NCBI GenBank assembly: GCA_012295275.1
Contig: CM022677.1
Coordinates: 4,340,001-4,404,000 of the forward strand
Direction: 5' to 3'
Length of the DNA stretch: 64,000 bases
Source: Chrysomallon squamiferum
Lineage: Eukaryota; Animalia; Mollusca
The notes beneath the pieces are model-generated. The model worked only from the letters and a program-made list of their open reading frames with translations, did not search any database and was not told the DNA's origin. The first letter of the stretch is position 1. Each line of letters begins with the position of its first letter. This document shows, one piece after another, positions 55,520-64,000 of this stretch. The position numbers and the translations under genes are program-made.

Positions 55520-56575
55520 TAAAGAAACACATGATACATGATCAAATACAACACATACACAAACATGAAACAAATACACATGTACATAGAAACACATGAC
55601 ACATGATCAAATACAACACATACACAAAAACATGAAACAAATACACATGTACATAGAAACACATGACACATGATCAAATACAACACATACACAAACATGA
55701 AACAAATACACATGTACATAGAAACACATGACACATGATCAAATACAACACATACACAAACATGAAACAAATACACATGTACATAGAAACACATGACACA
55801 TGATCAAATACAACACATACACAAAAACATGAAACAAATACATACACATGTACATAGAAACACATGACACATGATCAAATACAACACATACACAAACATG
55901 AAACAAATACACATGTACATAGAAACACATGACACATGATCAAATACAACACATACACAGATAAACATGAAACAAATACACATGTACATAGAAACACATG
56001 ACACATGATCAAATACAACACATACACAAAAACATGAAAACAAATACACATGTACATAGAAACACATGACACATGATCAAATACAACACATACACAAAAA
56101 CATGAAACAAATACACATGTACATAGAAACACATGACACATGATCAAATACAACACATACACAAACATGAAACATGACAAATGAAAAAAAACAACATGTA
56201 CAAACATAGAAACACAAATGACATGACATCACAAACACAACACATACACAAACATGAAACATGAAAAAATACACATGTACATAGAAACACATGACATGAT
56301 CAAATACAACACATACACAAACATGAAACAAAATTAAAAAATGATACATAGAAACACATGACACATGATCAAATACAACACATACACAAACATGAAACAA
56401 ATACACATGTACATAGAAACACATGACACATGATCAAATACAACACATACACAAACATGAAACAAATACACATGTACATAGAAACACACACAACATGATC
56501 AAATACAACACATACACAAACAACATGAAACAATTTACATGTGACATAGAAACACATGACACATGATACAAAACA
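55520..56575. repeat. About 65-bp minisatellite, about 16 copies
   Basis: CATGATCAAATACAACACATACACAAACATGAAACAAATACACATGTACATAGAAACACATGACA at 55537, 55602, ... Confidence 0.95.
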
Positions 56576-56703
56576 TGAACAACTGTATTGCCTTATATGA
56601 TGAATACTGCAACAACTGTATTTCTTCCTTATATATGAATAATAGTTTAATAAATTTTTATATTAAAATAAAGAGAGCAGAATGAAATGTTAATTTAAAT
56701 AGC

Positions 56704-56750
<47 letters not shown>

Positions 56751-56995
56751 TACGCACACACACACCCACACACACACACACACCCTGGTGTTTATGTTGA
56801 TTCATTTTGTTCTGAATTTCATTTTGAATTTTTATTTTTTACATTATCAGATATAAGTTCATTTAAACAAGAATTAAGTACAGAGATGATGAAATAACAT
56901 TTTACATGCTACAAACACAAACATACACCTCTAGACCCACAAACACTTAAACAACAACACATATATTACCATGTTCTCTTTCTGCAGATTTTCTG

Positions 56996-57662
56996 CTTCC
57001 AGCCTGAACAGTGACAGTGAGATACACAAACTCTGCTTTCTTCCAGTCTGAACAGTGACAGTGAGATACACAAACTCTGCTTTCTTCCAGCCTGAACAGT
57101 GACAGTGAGATACACAAACTCTGCTTTCTTCCAGTCTGAACAGTGACAGTGAGATACACAAACTGTGCTTTCTTCCAGTCTGAACAGTGACAGTGAGATA
57201 CACAAACTCTGCTTTCTTCCAGTCTGAACAGTGACAGTGAGATACACAAACTCTGCTTTCTTCCAGTCTGAACAGTGACAGTGAGATACACAAACTCTGC
57301 TTTCTTCCAGTCTGAACAGTGACAGTGAGATACACAAACTCTGCTTTCTTCCAGTCTGAACAGTGACAGTGAGATACACAAACTGTGCTTTCTTCCAGTC
57401 TGAACAGTGACAGTGAGATACACAAACTCTGCTTTCTTCCAGTCTGAACAGTGACAGTGAGATACACAAACTCTGCTTTCTTCCAGTCTGAACAGTGACA
57501 GTGAGATACACAAACTCTGCTTTCTTCCAGTCTGAACAGTGACAGTGAGATACACAAACTCTGCTTTCTTCCAGTCTGAACAGTGACAGTGAGATACACA
57601 AACTCTGCTTTCTTCCAGTCTGAACAGTGACAGTGAGATACACAAACTCTGCTTTCTTCCAG
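56996..57662 (-). repeat. 44-bp minisatellite, about 15 near-identical copies, inside a minus-strand exon-like segment
   Basis: Unit TCTGCTTTCTTCCAGTCTGAACAGTGACAGTGAGATACACAAAC; on the minus strand it is flanked by acceptor TTTTCTTACAG (about 57680) and donor ATG|GTAATA (about 56970). Confidence 0.9.
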
Positions 57663-57800
57663 CTTGTGACAGGGAAGCCCTGTAAGAAAATAATGTTTAG
57701 AGATTGAATTTTAATTTAAAAAACAAAACAATAAAAATCTTATTAAGAAGAATAAATAAACCTAACTGGAAAGAATTAGGTATAAATAAATAGAAATGAA

Positions 57801-57857
<57 letters not shown>

Positions 57858-58384
57858 TGATTAAAACACAACATAAAATCATTTTGAAGTATAGAAAAAT
57901 AAATGAATTAAGATATACAAAAAGTAATAATAGTGATTACATTTAAGTAGAAAAATTATATGTAAGCAAAAATGTTTTTTAGATGTTATGGAAAGGTATA
58001 GTACTAAAGAAAATAAAAAGATAAAAAGAGTTAATTTAAGTAAGTATATAATTAAAAAAATAATTATAAAAGTGATAACAAACAAACAAAATAAAGTAGA
58101 TGTTAAATTAATAGAAAAATGTTAAAAAAAGAAAATAAATAAACAAAAATAAATCTTTCTACACGTGTGTGTATGTGTGTGTCCCCCATATATTTATAAT
58201 ATCTCATGGTAACCTTTATCATATGTCTGTAACGTATATGCATTTATATTATTTGTGTGTGTGTGTATGGATAATAAAAATATATGGATAATATATGGAT
58301 AATAAAAAGATGTGGGTTTTTTTAAATTCTAAATGTATATAACACTGTATATAATGACAGAGATAATGAGAGAGGAAACTAAAC

Positions 58385-58451
<67 letters not shown>

Positions 58452-58673
58452 ATTACTTGCTTACCAGAAAGGTGGCTTCAAATGCACCTTCTCATGATTA
58501 GTGAAGAATTTAACTGAACCTGTCTGTGGATGAGATAAAACATAATTCAGTGGATGCAATGTTAGTATAGATCTTAACAACTATCATATATGACTTCTGC
58601 ACCTGCACACACACACACACACACACAAATAAAAATACACACAAAAAAAGATTGATATACAGATAGACAGACT

Positions 58674-58758
<85 letters not shown>

Positions 58759-59039
58759 GGCCATGAATGTTTTTTCCTCTGGATTCTCAGCACATAGTAA
58801 TCTGTATGTAAATCAACAAAAATAAATGTGTTACTTATTATTGTCCTTTTGTTTTAATAAAATATCTATTTTAGTTTCTGATTCTGATTTCTAATCATGA
58901 TAATAATTTATATCCAGTTTCTTAATATGCTATATTAATATAATAGCTATTTTAATATTTGAAATAAATTTGTTTAGTAATATAAACAGTTTAGAAAATA
59001 TTTTACTAATAAAATTACAGTATAAACAGGTAAACACTG

Positions 59040-61435
59040 TCTGCCTCTGTAGTTACTGTCTCAGAGATGTCACTGCTTTACAGGTTTGTCTCTGTAGTTA
59101 CTGTCTCAGAGATGTCACTGCTTGTACAGGTTTGTCTCTGTAGTTACTGTCTCAGAGATGTCATTGCTTGTACAGGTTTGTCTCTGTAGTTACTGTCTCA
59201 GAGATGTCATTGCTTGTACAGGTTTGTCTCTGTAGTTACTGTCTCAGAGATGTCACTGCTTTACAGGTTTGTCTCTGTAGTTACTGTCTCAGAGATGTCA
59301 CTGCTTGTACAGGTTTGTCTCTGTAGTTACTGTCTCAGAGATGTCACTGCTTGTACAGGTTTGTCTCTGTAGTTACTGTCTCAGAGATGTCACTGCTTGT
59401 ACAGGTTTGTCTCTGTAGTTACTGTCTCAGAGATGTCACTGCTTTACAGGTTTGTCTCTGTAGTTACTGTCTCAGAGATGTCACTGCTTGTACAGGTTTG
59501 TCTCTGTAGTTACTGTCTCAGAGATGTCACTGCTTGTACAGGTTTGTCTCTGTAGTTACTGTCTCAGAGATGTCACTGCTTTACAGGTTTGTCTCTGTAG
59601 TTACTGTCTCAGAGATGTCACTGCTTTACAGGTTTGTCTCTGTAGTTACTGTCTCAGAGATGTCACTGCTTGTACAGGTTTGTCTCTGTAGTTACTGTCT
59701 CAGAGATGTCACTGCTTTACAGGTTTGTCTCTGTAGTTACTGTCTCAGAGATGTCACTGTCTTTGTCTCTGAGATGTCTCAGAGATGTCACTGCTTGTAC
59801 AGGTTTGTCTCTGTAGTTACTGTCTCAGAGATGTCACTGCTTTACAGGTTTGTCTCTGTAGTTACTCAGAGATGTCACTGCTTGTACAGGTTTGTCTCTG
59901 TAGTTACTGTCTCAGAGATGTCACTGCTTGTACAGGTTTGTCTCTGTAGTTACTGTCTCAGAGATGTCACTGCTTGTACAGGTTTGTCTCTGTAGTTACT
60001 GTCTCAGAGATGTCACTGCTTTACAGGTTTGTCTCTGTAGTTACTGTCTCAGAGATGTCACTGCTTGTACAGGTTTGTCTCTGTAGTTACTGTCTCAGAG
60101 ATGTCACTGCTTGTACAGGTTTGTCTCTGTAGTTACTGTCTCAGAGATGTCACTGCTTTACAGGTTTGTCTTGTAGTTACTGTCTCAGAGATGTCAGGTT
60201 TTTGTCTCTGTAGTTACTGTCTCATATATGTCACTGCTTGTCTCAGAGATGTCACTGCTTGTACAGGTTTGTCTCTGTAGTTACTGTCTCAGAGATGTCA
60301 CTGCTTGTACAGGTTTGTCTCTGTAGTTACTGTCTCAGAGATGTCACTGCTTGTACAGGTTTGTCTCTGTAGTTACTGTCTCAGAGATGTCACTGCTTGT
60401 ACAGGTTTGTCTCTGTAGTTACTGTCTCAGAGATGTCACTGCTTGTACAGGTTTGTCTCTGTAGTTACTGTCTCAGAGATGTCACTGCTTTTACAGGTTT
60501 GTCTCTGTAGTTACTGTCTCAGAGATGTCACTGCTTGTACAGGTTTGTCTCTGTAGTTACTGTCTCAGAGATGTCACTGCTTTACAGGTTTGTCTCTGTA
60601 GTTACTGTCTCAGAGATGTCACTGCTTTACAGGTTTGTCTCTGTAGTTACTGTCTCAGAGATGTCACTGCTTGTACAGGTTTGTCTCTGTAGCTACTGTC
60701 TCAGAGATGTCACTGCTTTACAGGTTTGTCTCTGTAGTTACTGTCTCAGAGATGTCACTGCTTGTACAGGTTTGTCTCTGTAGTTACTGTCTCAGAGATG
60801 TCACTGCTTGTACAGGTTTGTCTCTGTAGTTACTGTCTCAGAGATGTCACTGCTTTACAGGTTTGTCTCTGTAGTTACTGTCTCAGAGATGTCACTGCTT
60901 GTACAGGTTTGTCTCTGTAGTTACTGTCTCAGAGATGTCACTGCTTGTACAGGTTTGTCTCTGTAGTTACTGTCTCAGAGATGTCACTGCTTTACAGGTT
61001 TGTCTCTGTAGTTACTGTCTCATAGATTTGTTGTACAGGTTTGTCTCTGTAGTTACTGTCTCATAGATGTCACTGCTTGTACAGGTTTGTCTCTGTAGTT
61101 ACTGTCTCAGAGATGTCACTGCTTGTACAGGTTTGTCTCTGTAGTTACTGTCTCAGAGATGTCACTGCTTGTACAGGTTTGTCTCTGTAGTTACTGTCTC
61201 AGAGATGTCACTGCTTGTACAGGTTTGTCTCTGTAGTTACTGTCTCAGAGATGTCACTGCTTTACAGGTTTGTCTCTGTAGTTACTGTCTCAGAGATGTC
61301 ACTGCTTGTACAGGTTTGTCTCTGTAGTTACTGTCTCAGAGATGTCACTGCTTGTACAGGTTTGTCTCTGTAGTTACTGTCTCAGAGATGTCACTGCTTG
61401 TACAGGTTTGTCTCTGTATTTGCTGTCTCAGAGAT
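59040..61435. repeat. 46/45-bp minisatellite, about 52 copies
   Basis: TACAGGTTTGTCTCTGTAGTTACTGTCTCAGAGATGTCACTGCTT(G). Confidence 0.97.
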
Positions 61436-61659
61436 TGTATCAGTTTGTAGATTGCTTGTATCAGTTTGTAGCTAGTCCATTCAGGCCATTCTTCAGCTCA
61501 AAAAGTAAATATTATTTTGGTGTTGACAGTTAAGAAAAGAACAGCATTCACTTATACAATTATAATGTCAATATCATTTTGACATACTTAGAGATCTTTT
61601 TTAAAACAACAACTTAATTATTATTTACTCTCTCTCTCTCTCTCATATATAGTTCTTGA

Positions 61660-62985
61660 AGAGTTGTCATGGTTACAAATTCTGATAACGCGTGTTGTCC
61701 ATTATCTAGTCCTATTACCAGTCTGAGTAGCAGCTCCACATGTTGCAGAACAGACACCATAAACAGACGAGCTCCATGCTCCCCAGGCTGGACAGGGATT
61801 TTGTGCTGAACACGATTTAGTTTTTGTTTCAGTTTGAGGTGATTTGTCTCCACACCAATTACCACCTTGCACATCATTCTCACAAATTCTTTTTTCTCTT
61901 TTGTCAGAGCCACAGGTTACTGAGCATGCTGTAACTGCACTGAATGCTGACCATGAACCCCAAAACAAAATATAAATCATTTTTACTCATATACGAGGAA
62001 CTTACAAACATAAAAACAGTTATAGTGATTTTTTTATGTGAAGAACCCAGATCTTTTATTATCTTAATTAAATAACAAATATATGTTCAGACTGTACAAG
62101 ATATTCCAAGATATATTAATATCTTAATCAAAGAACAGTTATAACAAATGTTTTAATGAAACGTTAAAAGAAAATCAAGTAAATAACACTTTGATTTTAT
62201 AAAAGAAAACATTTTTTTTTATAAATGGAATATATGTATCACTTTAGAAATGTGCTGCTTAATGCTTTACTATTGTGATTATCAACAAACCTAATGTAAT
62301 TCATTAGCCTTAAAGTTTCACCAAATCATCAACAACTGAAACAGCCATATTTCTTTTTTAGTGAAATAAATATTTTGTTATTTAAATCATTTTTCACTTT
62401 TGTAGGCAGAAAAGTAATTTTATTCCTCAGATTACTTAATGACAATACCTTTACTCACAATGTAGAGATTGTTATTTATTGTTATCTTAGAATAGATGCA
62501 TAAATGCATCACAGGAAACAACATGCCCACCTGTCTGTATATAATTTGTTTAAAAGAAAATTACAGTATCAGTATAATTAGTGCTTGTTACCTGGACATA
62601 AGACATTTGTTTCACATGCTTCTTGAAGATTCCTCTTCGTATCTGTGCATGTTCATATCTCAAATCTTGTTCCAGTGCCTCTACCACGTTTCACTACAAC
62701 TACCCAGTCTCTGAAGTGACCATGCAGACCAGGCACCATCAACTTTAAGCGTGAAATTAAAGAATAAATAAATTAATATATAAATATATAAATAAATATA
62801 TTAAAAATGAGAATTAAATAGTCTTTAATTGCACTTGAAATCTAGTACTGAGATGATTTTCTTTTATGTAGAAGTTGAATAACACTTTAACTTGCCTGCA
62901 CAAAGCTTAGTGAGTGTTTCAATTGTTCTGCCAGTACAGAATAGTCTGCTGCTGTCAATACATGAGTTGCTGAGGATCCAATTCT
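61660..62985 (-). pseudogene. Extracellular VWA + thrombospondin type-1 repeat gene fragment, decayed
   Basis: About 62985-62895 IGSSATHVLTAADYSVLAEQL (VWA C-terminal-like); about 62741-62592 VDGAWSAWSLQRLGSCSET/GRGTGTRF..*TC..ACETNVLCP (TSP1, frameshift and stop); about 61962-61702 WGSWSAFS..CSVTCG..R.C..C..SC..PCPAWGAWS..CSATCG..RTR* (TSP1 x2). Confidence 0.75.
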
Positions 62986-64000
62986 AAGATATATTAATAT
63001 CTTTAAGACAGGTTATTGATCAGCTATGCAAAATTATCTCTGAATTAATGTTATACTGATCATGTTATAAGGCAGATAAAAATTATTTATACCTCAAAGT
63101 ATTTAACAAATATAAATTGTTTGACAAGATAAATATATGTAATTATTTAAAATCATATTACAAAAATTATTTTTAAAATCTCTAATAATGCTTGCAGGAG
63201 GCACTGGATTGGAAAATGGATGAAAAACAAATAAAAAATAAATAAATAAATGCATAGCTTAATTTATGTGTTTGTGTGTGTATGTGTGTTTTTGTATGCA
63301 AATGTGTACACCAACACACACACACACCAATGTAAACACACATCATGGATTCATATATATTTTATTTATACTCATCAATATTCAGTCCATTCTCAGCAGC
63401 TTACCTCTATCACACAGTGTGTGAGTGAATGCGTGCATGTGTATGTATGTGTATGCACAGATAGATAGATAGATCAGATAGATCCTGAAGTCACTATCAG
63501 TAATTGCAATATATCATCACTAGATAAGTTTCTATATTTTTCAGTCAGTAAACAAAAACAATGTTACTTTTTTTAATATTTAATTACCAGTTTAATCTTA
63601 AAAGGCCCTAGTGCTTGTACAAACTTCAGTTTATCAGTAGCTCCATCCATATGCAGGACAGACAGTCGGTGTGTGGGTGACTAGGATAAAAACGGGTGAG
63701 CTTAGGGTCCCAGACAGAAAAGGTGAGTTGAACACATGCCCTCCCACCCTACCCCGGAAGCACGGGCTGTCTGCCAGGGGAAAGTGTTCTCACCTATTTT
63801 TATCTATCTGCCCCCTGCCCTAGTCCCCGGCATTTTTCGAGATTCCATTTATCCCATACAGATAATTAGCGTACGTAAGCTTAGTGAGTACATCTCATGT
63901 AAGGCTAAAGACGCGAGCACATAGCACTAAAGGGAGATAACTCTAATCAGTATAATTTTTACTTTATTTAGTGAGTACCTCTCACATAAGGGAGATAACT

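Noticed and set aside
55453-56557. Cys/Val-rich repeat ORFs on the minus strand
   Set aside because: Artefact of a stop-poor 65-bp minisatellite; the frame is not preserved between units
63610-64000. GC-richer segment and 62-aa ORF at the window end
   Set aside because: No recognisable domain or termini; probably a truncated repeat element that cannot be classified

Overview
AT-rich, microsatellite-dense animal genomic DNA with GT-AG introns. A mollusc (probably a gastropod) is inferred from the repeat and gene families, not proven. There are no prokaryotic features, CRISPR arrays, rRNA or intact tRNA. The window holds: (i) a 9-exon, frame-consistent orphan gene at 0.47-5.8 kb with one in-frame stop; (ii) a long mosaic of decayed, intron-retaining fragments of unrelated host genes (CAMSAP/Patronin twice in opposite orientation, DHX8/PRP22, a TRIM-NHL-like gene, IRAG/LRMP, a VWA+TSP1 gene); (iii) DNA-transposon relics (hAT MITE with a perfect 8-bp TSD, deleted Tc1/mariner, pogo/Tigger MITE, MULE, Helitron/Helentron-like pieces) and SINE remnants; (iv) several minisatellites. 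The largest array (about 38 x 88 bp) is an amplified DHX8 exon end plus its GTAAGT splice donor. All protein assignments come from manual translation and recall of family motifs, not database searches.
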